A DNA stretch of 62,928 bases, counting the filler, from Stramenopiles sp. TOSAG23-6 (taxonomy: Eukaryota): assembly GCA_900128565.1 (NCBI GenBank). It is 44 parts of 44 records of this genome, joined end to end, with 100 filler letters (N's around TTAATTAATTAA, not from the genome) between each part and the next. Parts side by side here need not be neighbours in the genome. Positions count along the whole stretch, not along the records: positions 1 to 1,349 come from LT639205.1; positions 1,450 to 2,796 come from LT639206.1; positions 2,897 to 4,243 come from LT639207.1; positions 4,344 to 5,689 come from LT639208.1; positions 5,790 to 7,134 come from LT639209.1; positions 7,235 to 8,578 come from LT639210.1; positions 8,679 to 10,021 come from LT639211.1; positions 10,122 to 11,464 come from LT639212.1; 36 more parts are not named here. One strand, given 5' to 3'. A program made the position numbers and the translations under genes. Shown one piece after another: positions 1 through 12,808 of the stretch (position 1 is its first letter; every line of letters starts with the position of its first letter). The notes below the pieces were generated by a model, which was not told the origin of the DNA, made no database searches, and saw only the letters and a list, made by a program, of their open reading frames with translations.

Positions 1-100
1 TTTTTTTTAGAAATTTTTTTTTTTAGAAATTTTTTTTTTTAGAAATTTTTTTTTTAGAATTTTTTGTACCTAACAATTTTTTTTTCTGATATATTTGTAG

Positions 101-1349
101 CATTACATGTATACAATTTTACATAGTTCACGATGTTGGACTGCGTTAACTGGACATAAAAATGGTTTTGTTCATTTACGATATCCTTCTAGTTTAACGT
201 ATTTAAAAAAAGCTGAAGAAATGTCAAGATTAGATGCATTATTTGATACTTTTGCAACTGATACGAAACCGTCATTATTATCGATTGATAATCGTGGAGC
301 TTTACCTGAAGAAGCATGGCAACAATTACATGAAATGATGATTTGTTCTTCTAATAATAAATCAACAAATGTTTCTGTTGATACAAAGATTATTAATGAT
401 ATTACAAATAATGATACTAATAATGATGCTAATAATGATGATACAAATAATGGTACTAATAATGGTATAAATAATGATACAATACAGTCAACATTGAATT
501 GTCCAACTAAATATTGGTCATGGGATGATGATCGTTCTTTATTATTTGGTGTTTTAAAACATGGTCGAAATGAATGGACTTTAATATCAAATGATGCATC
601 ACTTGGATTTGAAAACAGAGCAAAACAAATTTGGTTTCAAGAAATGAAATCTACAACAAACGAAATAGTATCAAATGATCAAAATAATATGAAAAATATT
701 GAAGAAAATACGAAAATGATACAAAATTCTCAAACCAATACAAATGATACAAAAGATACAAATGATAAAACCAATACTAATGATATAAAAGATACAAAAG
801 ATACGAAAATTATACAAAATTCTCAAACCAATACTAATGATAAAACTAATACTAATGATACAAAAGATACAATGTGGAATAAAACATTTTGGTGGCCACA
901 TGAAACAAATAGTAAAGGTAAAATTGTTATATCATCAAAAATTTTATCACAAAGAGTTGCGAAATTACTTCGATGTGTTCAAAAACGTGATTCAATACTT
1001 GAAAAACAAAGTCGTTTATTGGAAAGAAATGCAAAAGCTGAATTAAAAAAACAAAAAATTGCAGAAAAGAAGGCGAAATATTTAGAAAATAAACGAATTC
1101 AAATTGAAAAAAAGAAACAAATTGAAGAATTGAAACAACAAAAAGCAGAAGAAAAAGCAAAAAAAGCAGAAGAAAAAGCCAAACAAATTGAATTGAAGAA
1201 ATTAAATGCTGCTGCAAAAAAAGAAAAAGAAGAAAAACGAAAGAAAAAATTGGAAGAAGAAAGAGAAAAAATTCGTTCTAATTTTTTCAAACCAAAATCT
1301 GTATCATCTGAAACAAATGGAAAGAAAAATATTAAAAAAAAATCAAAAG
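101..1349 (+). CDS. Exon fragment with a CHD-type SANT/SLIDE-like motif and a Lys/Glu coiled coil (possible chromatin remodeller)
   Basis: WSWDDDRSLLFGVLKHGRNEWTLISNDASLGF resembles the CHD motif W...D..LL.G..KHG...W..I..D..L.F; preceded by a family intron ending TAG at 100. Confidence 0.5.
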
Positions 1350-1449
1350 NNNNNNNNNNNNNNNNNNNNNNNNNNNNNNNNNNNNNNNNNNNNTTAATTA
1401 ATTAANNNNNNNNNNNNNNNNNNNNNNNNNNNNNNNNNNNNNNNNNNNN
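1350..1449. other. Artificial contig linker N44-TTAATTAATTAA-N44 (first of 43)
   Basis: Identical 100-nt spacer with stops in all six frames recurs every ~1.42-1.45 kb; flanking contigs decrease steadily in length. Confidence 0.98.
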
Positions 1450-1506
1450 ATTTTGTACCTAACAAATTTAAGTTTTTTTTTTTTGAAATATTTTTTCACA
1501 ATACTT

Positions 1507-2746
1507 GGCTTTTTCTCCGGATTCGAAGAATTTTCAGTCAATTTCAGAATATATTGACTATATGTACGCGCACTCTATTCATATTTTTGATAGTTTTTAT
1601 GATACGCTGGATGCGTCGTCGTAACCAAATCATTAATTTTGCAGCTTTAAGTGGAATTGTGCCTCTTCCTCAGTTTGTCCCGGGTTCAGCTGTACTAATG
1701 CACGTTTTCATCATGAATTTTAATTTTATTTTTTTTGGTACGAAATTTTGTACCTAACAAATTTAAGTTTTTTTTTTCGTAAAACTTTTTTTTTTTCACA
1801 ATACATGTTTGAGGACGATTCCGCGGGACATGACGTTATTAGTTTTATTACTGTCGTGGGATATTTCATAATTGCATGTATCTCATTGTTATTGTATAAA
1901 AAAAGTCTTTATTCGATATATCATTTTCATAGAGAAATACACGAAATATGTAAAGATTTTTATATCAGTGGTACTTCCATAATTTTTTATTCATTAGCGG
2001 TGATTAGCATGACGATTTCATGGATCTTGCGTATAGGTACAATTGACGCTGTGCCTATTTCGAGTACATATACACAAATTATCTTTGCAATTACTCTACT
2101 GCTGTTTCTTTGTTCTATGGTACAATGTACGATCCAATCATGAATTTAAGAATTTTTCTTTTTTTTTTTAAGATTTTTTTTCGTACGAAATTTTGTACCT
2201 AACGAGTTTTTTTTTCACAAAAAAAAAAAAATCACAAGAAAATTTGTACCTAACAAATTTCATATTTTTGAAATATTTTTTTATAATACATTGAGTATGA
2301 ATTTTGGTGCTGTAGAAAAAGATTGGAAAAACAGAAATGGATTTCTTTGGGATCATTCTGTTTCTTTTTTACTTTTATCTCTACTTTCAATTCTTTTTCT
2401 CATTCATCGCGCACGAAATACGGTTATTATTATCATCATTGTCATTATTTCATATTCCGTTGTCGGAATGTTACGACTTCAATCATGCAAAGAATTAATA
2501 GAAATACAAAATAAAGTATCAAAAAGAGGTCATGTACGTTTTTCATCATGAATTTTTTCCTACATTTTTTTTTCGTACGAAATTTTGTACCTAACAAATT
2601 TCGAATTTCGATTTTTTTATAATACATGGTGTTCTTGATGATGAGCACATATTTAAATATATGGGATTACGAACAGCAATTGTACTATACTGGCTTGGAC
2701 AAGCGTCGTATTTTAGCCTTGGAAACTCTCACTTAATTAGTACTAT
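1507..2746 (+). CDS. GPI ethanolamine phosphate transferase (PIGG/GPI7-like), C-terminal membrane part, 4 exons (1507-1699, 1807-2126, 2292-2533, 2628-2746)
   Basis: Many TM helices and YWLGQASYFSLGNSHLIST motif; frame is continuous only after removing 1700-1806 (GC-AT), 2127-2291 and 2534-2627 (GT-AT). Confidence 0.65.
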
Positions 2747-2896
2747 GTATGTTTTATTTTTTTTCAATTTCGATTTTTTTTTCGTACGAAATTTTGNNNN
2801 NNNNNNNNNNNNNNNNNNNNNNNNNNNNNNNNNNNNNNNNTTAATTAATTAANNNNNNNNNNNNNNNNNNNNNNNNNNNNNNNNNNNNNNNNNNNN

Positions 2897-3838
2897 CAAG
2901 TTATCATCATATTCGATAACAGGTGTTTTAATTCTGAAATGACGCGACCCTTTGCTCTTCGCTGCATTGCACGACTCATTAAGATTGCACAAGATTATTT
3001 CCCAGAATGTTTGAAAAAAGTATTTGTTATCAATGCTCCGACTGTATTTCAGATGGCGTGGCACTCAATTATTAAACCATGGGTTGATCCTAAAACTCTA
3101 GATAAGGTTAGTCTTCCATCTGGTGCATGTACTTTTTAATTATGAATTTTAATTTTTTTGTATGAAATTTCTTTTGTACCTAACGTTTTTTTTTCTCAAT
3201 ATCTTTACAATCCATGCCCTGGAGAAGGTTTAAAGATACTGGAAGAATATATAGATTTGAGTAGCATACCAGTATGGCTGGGAGGCACTGCCGATCTTCC
3301 GCTCGCAGTGAAATTCGAAAATTGCCGACCAGTAAAATTTAGTAATGAAGAATTAATAAAAAGAATGTATCATCCAGAAAACGACGTCAACATCAAATTG
3401 ATAAATGAAAACATTGAAAATTATTCTACCCAACTGGCTCTTTGTGGTCGTGATAAGATGTTTTGGTACAATGTTGGACGAGGTAGCACACATACAATGT
3501 ATATGGTAGTTCCCCCAGGGCATACTTTATCGTGGTATATGAAACTGAATAATTACAATATACTTTTTTCTATACAATATAAAAATACAGAAGAAAACAA
3601 AATAGACACAAATACTGTTTTACTAAAACCTACGGTATGCAATACTCATTTTAGTACTTTAATATGTCCTAGTGAGAATAAAGTTGGATTTCGTGTTGCG
3701 TTTTTGATGGATAATTCTGCGTCATATTTTCGAAGCAAAACTATTCGATTTGGCGCTGTTATACATTCTAGTACTAAAATTGAAAAGGTAGAAGGAATTG
3801 GTGCGAAAGAAGTTGAACTAGATTTGAATAGTCTCTAG
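2897..3838 (+). CDS. Sec14/CRAL-TRIO plus GOLD domain lipid-transfer protein, 3' part with one intron
   Basis: QDYFPECLKKVFVINAP..F..W..IKPWVDPKT; YID..IPVWLGG; GOLD-like DNSASYFRSKTI. Confidence 0.85.
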
Positions 3839-5839
3839 ACTTTTTGAATTGAACACAAAATTTAAAATCGTCAAAATCTCAATCTGGAATCCCGAATTTA
3901 AGACGTATAATTAATTATTCAGTTATTCAAATGGAGAATAAATTATATTGATTAATCATTTATGCATTTATAATTTTACCCAATAACAAATTTTGGTGGT
4001 TTTCTCCTAATGATGAAACGTCATTTGAAATTTCGAAATTTTAAATTCAAATGTTCATGCTGTCATATATTTTTGCTTCATTGACATTGTTTTGACCACT
4101 CCTATTTTGACATTTTTGTTTGATGAACATAATCTCTCATAAATTCTTGATTTCAAATTATTATAATAATGTTATTCTCAAAACCTCAAATGAGAACACT
4201 TCTTTTTACGTGCAATACTTTTGCAAGACGTACATTTGCAACTNNNNNNNNNNNNNNNNNNNNNNNNNNNNNNNNNNNNNNNNNNNNTTAATTAATTAAN
4301 NNNNNNNNNNNNNNNNNNNNNNNNNNNNNNNNNNNNNNNNNNNCATTTGGGACGGACAGTTACATAATTTCGTCTGTTATGCGTCTTCCTAATGTAAATT
4401 TTAAAAGCTATCAGACGTTTATACAGTAATTTAATCGCTAAACTATTTACAAAAAGGTACGTTGCACATTATTCACATTTTACGACTAACACACAACATA
4501 TAACGAAAACATACAATTCGAGTAACACTTGCTTCAACGGAGAGAACTATACTTATAGACGTAAACATGATTCATAAAAGTAACGGTCCACATTGGGTGA
4601 ACTTGACGCACACTCCATAAAAAATAAACACAAAAAGAAATGATACATCTGTACGGCAAGCATGTACATACATAGCTCATATCAACAACGGGCACAAACA
4701 ATATCTTTTCTTTTGATTGGTCAGTCACGGTACACTAAAGTCCAACTTACTGTGAAATTAGAAGAAACACTATTTGGAGAAACCCATGAAGAAAGCAAAG
4801 GAAATACGCTTACAAACTTGGATAACCAAACAACAAGACTCATTTTATATCACATGAATAATCCAAAAGATATGTTTAGACTTTCTTTCGAGATTCAATA
4901 ATACAATACAAATAAAAAGCGACGAAAATAATATGACATTAAGAGTAAAAGATCACAATATTGATGTAGACCAAACAAAGAGTATACAAATATGCTAAAT
5001 GGGTAATACAGATGGTATTTGAAGAAGGATTCTCCAGTTTATAGGCACGAAGTTTCATACACAGTGAACTAATTCAGGTGTGAAGTCATCAATCATTATA
5101 GTAGTTTGCCTAAAACTATTCAGAGAACACTTTTTGTTGAGTTTTATTTTTGCTTAGTTAGTACTTTAGCCATCAAGGAAGACATACTATTTGTTCTCAT
5201 CAATTTGAAATTGTGTTTCTGTGAACACACTGATGAATTTAAAAAAACACGAAATGAGAGTGTCTTAGGTTCTATGGATTTAAAAAACACGAAATGAGAG
5301 AGTGTTTTAGAATTCTAAATTTTCACCCGATTTTTTCACCTCCCTAGTACCCGGAGACCCGGTAATGTGAAATTGTGATTGAAAGTATTACATTATTGAG
5401 TGTATTTTATTTTAGTAAAGAGTACAATTAATGATTGTATTCAATTACAACGTAATTGAGATCACCTAGTTTGTTTCAAGTGAGAATGGAATACCAGACA
5501 ACCAAGAGAGAAAGTAAGCAAACTTAGGATACAAAAAGTAACATATGGAACATGTATCTGTACAAGCATGTTCTTGCATATTGTTCTACTTCACTGTTTT
5601 TTCAATACCAATGAGCTTCCTACAATGTGATGTAACAGCGGGGTATTATTTTATTTTCAAATTTGAACATCTAAAAGTAATTTGGAGTGNNNNNNNNNNN
5701 NNNNNNNNNNNNNNNNNNNNNNNNNNNNNNNNNTTAATTAATTAANNNNNNNNNNNNNNNNNNNNNNNNNNNNNNNNNNNNNNNNNNNNACAAAATTTCG
5801 TACGAAAAAAAATCGAAATTGAAAAAAAATAAAACATAC

Positions 5840-6448
5840 ATGGTTGGGCGAAGCTGTAAAACCACCACGAGGACTCATATATCTAGAGCTCATCAGTGGC
5901 GATTGATTGTCTGGAATACGAATACATTCCACAACTTGTCCATTAACTACCTTGACTTTGGCCCAGTAGGTACCGGTCGTCATAGCTGGAGATAACGGGA
6001 GAAAAGGTACACTTTCAACGGACATGTTAATTCGTCCATTTCCGTTATTATTTCCTTGGAGTCTTGGTGACATATTACTATTAGTGTTGACACATTGAGG
6101 AAATGGCGTCATTTTGTATTTACTACCACTTCTATCGCTGCTTCCACTAAATGTGCGTACAAGTGGGCGCACGTTGCCGTTTGGAGAAAACGTATCGCTA
6201 GTCTTTCGCTTCTTATTTGAAGAATTCATCGCGCCTTGGTTGCTAGAAGGAGAACCAGGAGAGACAGTTTCCATTTTTATATTGATATCACCAGTATCAG
6301 CAACATCTTTTGTAGCTAATTTACGACGGTAACCTGACAAGCATGCTGCTTTGGACTCAAATATGCCGTGGTCTCCAACTTGCTCGCCATTGAATTCTTT
6401 TAACGTAGTGGTCGTTGACTGACTTGGAACAGTCGTTTCAGCTATCAT
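5840..6448 (-). CDS. Hypothetical Ser/Pro/Asn-rich protein, first exon
   Basis: Open frame ending at a family donor CAT|GTATGTTTT; no recognisable domain. Confidence 0.5.
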
Positions 6449-6835
6449 AATTATGAGAGGTTTCTGAACCACGTAGACAGATGTTTTATCAATAGATGTC
6501 AATCAGCCCGATCAATACTGAAATTAAGTATAAACTCCTTCAAGTCAAACAAAATCTCAACAAAAAGAATCAAGCTTACCGGTTATTAGGAGAACGGTTA
6601 TCAGACACCTTCTCAGTTCTATGAAACGGACGATGTCGATGTATAACGGTCGTCGAAACGTTTACCCGGAAACAGTCAAAAATCATATTTCGTGGAAGGT
6701 ACCGGGTAACCACCAATTTAAAATTGTATGACAGATGACTATTCTAATAAAAAGTACAATGTTTCACTTGATACCGCAATTACTACGAAGAATCAATTAA
6801 AATCAATACAATTTTATAAAGTAAAATGAAAAGAC

Positions 6836-7134
6836 TTACTGTTGTTTACACTGTTGTTCTCCATTTTCATCGTCCTTTATTTCATTTTTTTCGCCTGATG
6901 TCATCATGTATTTTGGAAAAATATTTCAAAAAAAAAAATCGTTAGGTACAAAATTTTTATAAAAAAAAAAATAAATTCGATTTTTTTGTAAAAAAAAAAA
7001 ATAAAACGTACATGTCATGGTTGTAGACAATATCAAATTGAGAGTCTAATAACGGTTCTCCACGAATCTTGTCTATTAATTTCATCGACTTATCTGTTAT
7101 GATGTTAGTGTCTGAAGAAACATTTTCTTTTTCT
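6836..7134 (-). CDS. 3' end of a hypothetical gene with one GT-AT family intron
   Basis: Removing the ~6906-7011 intron gives ..YNHDMMTSGEKNEIKDDENGEQQCKQQ-stop. Confidence 0.4.
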
Positions 7135-7234
7135 NNNNNNNNNNNNNNNNNNNNNNNNNNNNNNNNNNNNNNNNNNNNTTAATTAATTAANNNNNNNNNN
7201 NNNNNNNNNNNNNNNNNNNNNNNNNNNNNNNNNN

Positions 7235-7563
7235 CTGTGAAACCACAAAGTGGTAAAAAACGAAAAAAACAGTATACTACACCTGTTGAAAAACAATGTG
7301 TTGCTGATTTATTATTTGACATTCGTAAATCAAATATTTTAACCTTTGCTACTAAAAAACAACGTTTTGCTTATAATTTGCCCCTACCAGGTTCAGTCCA
7401 TGGGGCAAGTTTCAATGCTGGAAGTTGTTTTGCTGGAAGTCATTTTGGAAATCAATCTTCTTATGAAACTCATTATTTTGCTGGAGGATATAAACCGCCA
7501 CGTCCACCTGAAAATTCTTGTGGTGGTGGAATGCCTTTTTCGACATGGAAAGTTTTTGTGTGA
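7235..7563 (+). CDS. C-terminal fragment of a hypothetical protein
   Basis: Open frame from the contig edge to TGA, followed by AT-rich 3' sequence. Confidence 0.35.
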
Positions 7564-8963
7564 ATTTTAATACTGGGATCCTATTTGAAGAATTATACAT
7601 CAACTATCGAATTTAGTTGGAGTAATTTTTTGGATACTTCCCACAATAAACCTCCCACAATAAACATTGTGTTGAATAATTTTTAAATATATATATAATT
7701 ATTGTGTTTTATATTTTTTGAAATATAATACAATAATGATAAAAAAAAAATATTTACCAAAAGATACTACTACACTATTAATAATAAAATCAATAGTTGC
7801 AAGAATGAGTATATACAAAACAATTTCAAGGTATATAAATACAAAAATTCAATATTGAATATTCTACAATAAAATCCTCAAAAATCCTCAAAAAAAAAAT
7901 CAAAAAAAATCAAACTCAAATCCGTCTGTTGTCAGTTAAAATAATAACGTACTTGGATCTCTATTACTAGCTAGAGTGTACATTTACTAGTTTGATTTTG
8001 GGCATTGACTCTAGTAATTAGTCATACATTCACATCAAGTGTTTAACTCATTCTAGTGTAGCTGCATAGTTACTGATTTCACTTGAGTTTGGTAGTAAAA
8101 CAGAAAGTATTATGGTCAGTACGTAGAAATGATGTTTCGTTTGTAATACTTCTCTCAAAGCATCTTGGATCGATATTACTTGGTTAACCTCGACTACATT
8201 TTTAATAGTACAAACTTAATATTCTTTATAAATAAATGATTATATATGTAATAACGTGTTGTTGTAGTCATTGTAGTGTATTCAATATTGTTACTCTTAC
8301 TTTTTTTTTTAGCAATTTGACAAGGTCCTCACGCAGATTTACTTTTAATTGCTTATTGAATAAATTTATTTTTCTAGTACTTACTTGATGGTACAATTAT
8401 TTGTTGTAATATAGAAAAACACTTTAAACAAATACTAAGAATACAAGTAATATTTGAATGAATAATTATTTTATTTCAAGCACATTTACGAGTATAACCA
8501 AATATAGCTAAACGAAAGTAACCATGTTCATCAACACCAGTAAAAGATATACAACCAGTAGCAGTTTGACCAACCTCTNNNNNNNNNNNNNNNNNNNNNN
8601 NNNNNNNNNNNNNNNNNNNNNNTTAATTAATTAANNNNNNNNNNNNNNNNNNNNNNNNNNNNNNNNNNNNNNNNNNNNCTCTTGCAAATTGAAGAAAAAA
8701 TCACTTAGGTACGGAATTTGGTACAAAAAAAAAGAAAGAAAATCGAATTTTTTGACCGTGAAGTCTAAAATTATCGAGCAAAATCCCGCAAAATCGATGT
8801 GGGGGGTTAACTTAAATTTCTCGAAAACGTATCTTTATTGATTTTGAGTTACTTACGTATCCACACACACACACACACTAAACCATTGTCCACAGTTGAT
8901 AATAAATTTCATTTTTCTTTTCTAGAAAAGCAAAGCTGTCGTATTATCTTCAAAAGAAAGAAA

Positions 8964-10021
8964 ATGAATACAATGGTTTCGGTAGGTAAAAGACTTCCTA
9001 GTAAGAAGAAAAAAGTGAAACCACTTTCTAATACAAATATATGTGGTTGGATAAAGTGCAACAGTGACATGAAAGCAAAAACTTTTTTTTCATGGTGTAA
9101 CTTTGCTGTTATAGCTATACTGGTATTTTCTCAACTAACCCTCTCTAGCAATCCCCAAGCTCTAGAGGATTTCGAAATCCCAATTTCTAAATATAAACCT
9201 CACCCAGATATTAATATAGCCATGGATGAAGCTCAAAACCTTCGCCATATAAAAGGCATCCCCAAAACTGAAATGAAAAAACATATGGAAAATAAAGAAG
9301 CATTTACTAGAGCCCTTGTAGTATACCAACCAAATACTCACTCCGACTTGGCTATAGACGAAGTACGTAAACAACGCAAATTGGCATTTTTAGCCTCTCA
9401 GAAAGCCAAAAAGGCTCAGGTAGAGTCAGAAAGAAATATAAATGATGAGGATTTGAAGTTTGCGGCAAAAATAGCTACAGATCATTCTGAAGCAATGAAA
9501 GAGCTACAGCGAATGAAAGAATATTACGCAACTGCATGTGTTTTGTATCATGCGGATCCCCATTCAGCTGCAGCAATAGCAAAATCATATTCTAGATCAG
9601 CTGTAATTAATACTGACACTCCACACCCACATGCCAAAACTGTATTGGAAGACGCACATAAACATCGAGTAGAAGCAAATGAAGCATTTGATAATGCTAC
9701 TAAACTGAAAGACGAACATGAAAAAGAACCTCATGATAAAAGGAAAAAAATAGCCGCTGAACTTGCCGCACATCATGCCTCTGCATTGGACGATATAGCA
9801 ACGACAAAAGAGGCGTATGCAACAGCACTCGTCTTATACAATCCAAAAAAACAATTTAAAGATCCTCATGCAGACTTGGCTATAAAAGATGCACACGAAC
9901 ACATTTTAAATGCCAAAGAAGCAGTTGTTGTAGCTACTCAATTAGAAAATGAATCAGAGAAGTATCCGCTCCATAAAGAAAAGAAGATGGTTGCGGAACA
10001 TGCAAGAAAACACGCTACATT
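8964..10021 (+). CDS. Hypothetical single-TM protein with His/Ala-rich helical repeats (3'-truncated)
   Basis: Long intronless ORF; one TM (FAVIAILVFSQLTL); recurring YATAxVLY..PH(S/A)DLAI units. Confidence 0.6.
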
Positions 10022-10121
10022 NNNNNNNNNNNNNNNNNNNNNNNNNNNNNNNNNNNNNNNNNNNNTTAATTAATTAANNNNNNNNNNNNNNNNNNNNNNN
10101 NNNNNNNNNNNNNNNNNNNNN

Positions 10122-10415
10122 TTTTTTATTTTTCCTAATTTTGCTTGCATTATTTTTTTATTTTTCCTAATTTTTTTATTGTTTTTTTATTTTTCCTAAT
10201 TTTTATATTTTTTTTTTATTTTTCCCAATTTTGCTTGCATTATTTTTTTACTTTTCCTAATTTTTTTATTGTTTTTTTATTTTTCCTAATTTTTTTATTT
10301 TTTTTTTATTTAACCCAATTTTGCTTGCATTATTTTTTCATTTTTCCTAATTTTTATATTGTTTTTTTATTTTTCCTAATTTTTGTAATTTTTTTTATTT
10401 TACCCAATTTGTTTT
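10122..10415. repeat. AT-rich tandem repeat, 90-bp period built from ~22-bp subunits
   Basis: TTGCTTGCAT at 10141, 10231 and 10321; subunit TTTTTATTTTTCCTAATTT. Confidence 0.85.
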
Positions 10416-11464
10416 CTAAGTTTTGATATGGCGGCTCTTGCAGCTCTACCTCTTGCAAGTGCTTGAAGTTTTTTTATTGCTGCTATTTTTCTTGTCGCTT
10501 CCCTCAAAATGTTTGATATTTCACTATGACTAGGTAGCATTTCTGCAAGCTTCAGAGGTGTGTTGCCGTTTTTATCTGGAATATTTGGATTTGCCCCATT
10601 TTTAAGGAAAAGTTTTGCCATTTTAATATTATTCTTAAATACAACAATGAACAGAGGTGCGAATCCGCTTTTATCTGGAATATATGGATTTGCACCATTT
10701 TCAAGCAAAAGCTTTGCCATTTTAAAATTATCATCGTGTACAGCCCTGTACAGAGGTGTATATCCTTTTTTATCTTTAATATCTGGATTTGCACCATTTT
10801 CAAGAAAACGTTTTGCCATTTCAGTTTTATTATCAGATACAGCACTGAACAGAGGTGTATATCCGTTTTCATCTTTAATATCTGGATTTGCACCATTTTC
10901 AAGGAAACGTTGCATCATTTCAGTATTATTATCATATATTGCTATACCCAAAAGTGACTGTTTACCAATTGAAGTATTTAGCATATCGTTTTTCTCATCT
11001 TTTTTCATATCCCTTAGTATATCATATCCAAAATTTTCTCTGTTGATTTGGGCAGCAAGACCAAGTAGATCTGTTCTTACTTCAACTGTAGGTCCACAGG
11101 TTTCATAAGAAGCTGTATAAAATACAGGCTCTGAATCTTTCGCCAATCGTTCATACTCAAAGTTTCGGAAACTAACTCTTTTAGCTGCTTGTTCATTTAC
11201 AGGGTCTCCCGTTGTCTCTTTATTATATTCTTGAATTTCAGCAAAAAGACCATTTACTGTCTTTGGTTTGGTATCTTGAGGATTTGAAAAAGCTGCCATT
11301 GCCAAGAGACCAGCCATGTATGTTAAACGTGATGGGTCGATGGACCCAATCATAGCTATATTTGTTCCTTTTCCATTTTTTTTCATTTCTTTTAGATAGT
11401 CAACAATTTTACTCCCATAACATGAACCAGATACAATAGCAATTGGAGTATCTTTGGAGAAACG
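10400..11464 (-). CDS. Ankyrin-repeat protein with C-terminal IQ motif
   Basis: About five GxTPL..A......MAK.LLENGANP repeats; IKKLQALARGRAAR is an IQ motif; intronless. Confidence 0.85.
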   Translation of the reverse strand, partial: RFSKDTPIAIVSGSCYGSKIVDYLKEMKKNGKGTNIAMIGSIDPSRLTYMAGLLAMAAFSNPQDTKPKTVNGLFAEIQEYNKETTGDPVNEQAAKRVSFRNFEYERLAKDSEPVFYTASYETCGPTVEVRTDLLGLAAQINRENFGYDILRDMKKDEKNDMLNTSIGKQSLLGIAIYDNNTEMMQRFLENGANPDIKDENGYTPLFSAVSDNKTEMAKRFLENGANPDIKDKKGYTPLYRAVHDDNFKMAKLLLENGANPYIPDKSGFAPLFIVVFKNNIKMAKLFLKNGANPNIPDKNGNTPLKLAEMLPSHSEISNILREATRKIAAIKKLQALARGRAARAAISKLRKQIG

Positions 11465-11678
11465 NNNNNNNNNNNNNNNNNNNNNNNNNNNNNNNNNNNN
11501 NNNNNNNNTTAATTAATTAANNNNNNNNNNNNNNNNNNNNNNNNNNNNNNNNNNNNNNNNNNNNTTTTTTTTTCAAATTTTTTTTTAAAAATTTTTTTTT
11601 TTTTTTTTTTTTTGTTAGGTACAAATTTTGGTACAAAAAAATTTTTTGAAAAAAAAAATTTTGAAAAAAAAAAACATA

Positions 11679-11867
11679 CATAATCTTCAAGAGCTTTATC
11701 ATATTTGCCAATGGCGCAGTACGCAGCTCCACGACGAGCCCAAAGTTTACACCGTTTGGTACCCGGTTCTCGACGTCCTTCTAATAACTGTAGAGCTAGA
11801 CTACAGTCAGCAATACATGCCACATATTGACGTTGTGCGAGATAACATTTATTTTTGGACAATATTT

Positions 11868-11898
<31 letters not shown>

Positions 11899-12110
11899 GG
11901 GTAAAAATTTTTTTAAAAAAAAAAATAAAAATTAAAAAAAAAAAAAAAAAANNNNNNNNNNNNNNNNNNNNNNNNNNNNNNNNNNNNNNNNNNNNNNNNN
12001 NNNNNNNNNNNNNNNNNNNNNNNNNNNNNNNNNNNNNNNNNNNNNNNNNNNNNNNNNNNNNNNNNNNNNNNNNNNNNNNNNNNNNAATTTTTTATTTAAA
12101 AAAAAAAAAA

Positions 12111-12141
<31 letters not shown>

Positions 12142-12320
12142 GTTAGGTATGAAAATTTGTATTAAAAAAAAATCGAAATGGATAAAAATTCAATTTTGAA
12201 AATGTACAATCTTTTGATCTATAAAAATCATCTCCTTTACCTTTAAGCCAATATGGGTCCTGTTCGGTTACATCCTTAGCATTTGGATTTTTATGAAGAA
12301 ATCTTCGATTTTTTGCCTTT
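11679..12320 (-). CDS. DNAAF4: TPR protein resembling dynein assembly factor DNAAF4/DYX1C1 (fragmentary exons)
   Basis: DVTEQDPYWLKGKGDDFY and KLWARRGAAYCAIGKYDKALEDY TPR motifs. Confidence 0.6.
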
Positions 12321-12419
12321 TCTGAAAAAAAAATATTTTCAAAAAAAAAAAACGTTAGGTACAGAATTACGTACAAAAAAAAAATTTCAAAAAAAAAAAA
12401 TATTTTTGCACAATAATGA

Positions 12420-12529
12420 CATGTTATACAAAAATCACCTACATATACAAATGATCCTAATGAAGCATGTCTGTTTGTCCCACCTATTGATACTTTATGC
12501 CTATATGTATGTTTTACTTTTTTTCAATT

Positions 12530-12571
<42 letters not shown>

Positions 12572-12808
12572 TTTTTTCCTAAAAAATTTTAATTTTTTTT
12601 TTTTTTTTAGGATTTTTTTTTTTTTTTTTTTTGGTAAAAAAAATTTGTACCTAACAAAAATCCAATTGAAAATTTTATATTTTTTTTACATATAGGGTTC
12701 AGAGTAGCATCACACAAAAAGTATTGAGATCCGGTTATGACATTGCTTTTCCTCTATCATTTTATCGATGTCGTTTTACACAACAAACAGCTGAAAATCA
12801 AGAGGAAC
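12420..12808 (+). CDS. Exostosin (GT47) glycosyltransferase fragments
   Basis: Manual translation SPTYTNDPNEACLFVPPIDTLC and LRSGYDIAFPL matches EXT-family motifs. Confidence 0.6.

Noticed and set aside
1394-1405. Periodic TTAATTAATTAA palindrome
   Set aside because: Synthetic six-frame-stop linker embedded in Ns
2168-2356. Small ORFs sharing peptides VRYKISYEKK, FFVRNFVPN, LGTKF or MYLT
   Set aside because: Translations of the intron core in various frames, not a protein family
4344-5689. Short ORFs in this contig
   Set aside because: No recognisable motifs or splice-supported frame; probably intergenic
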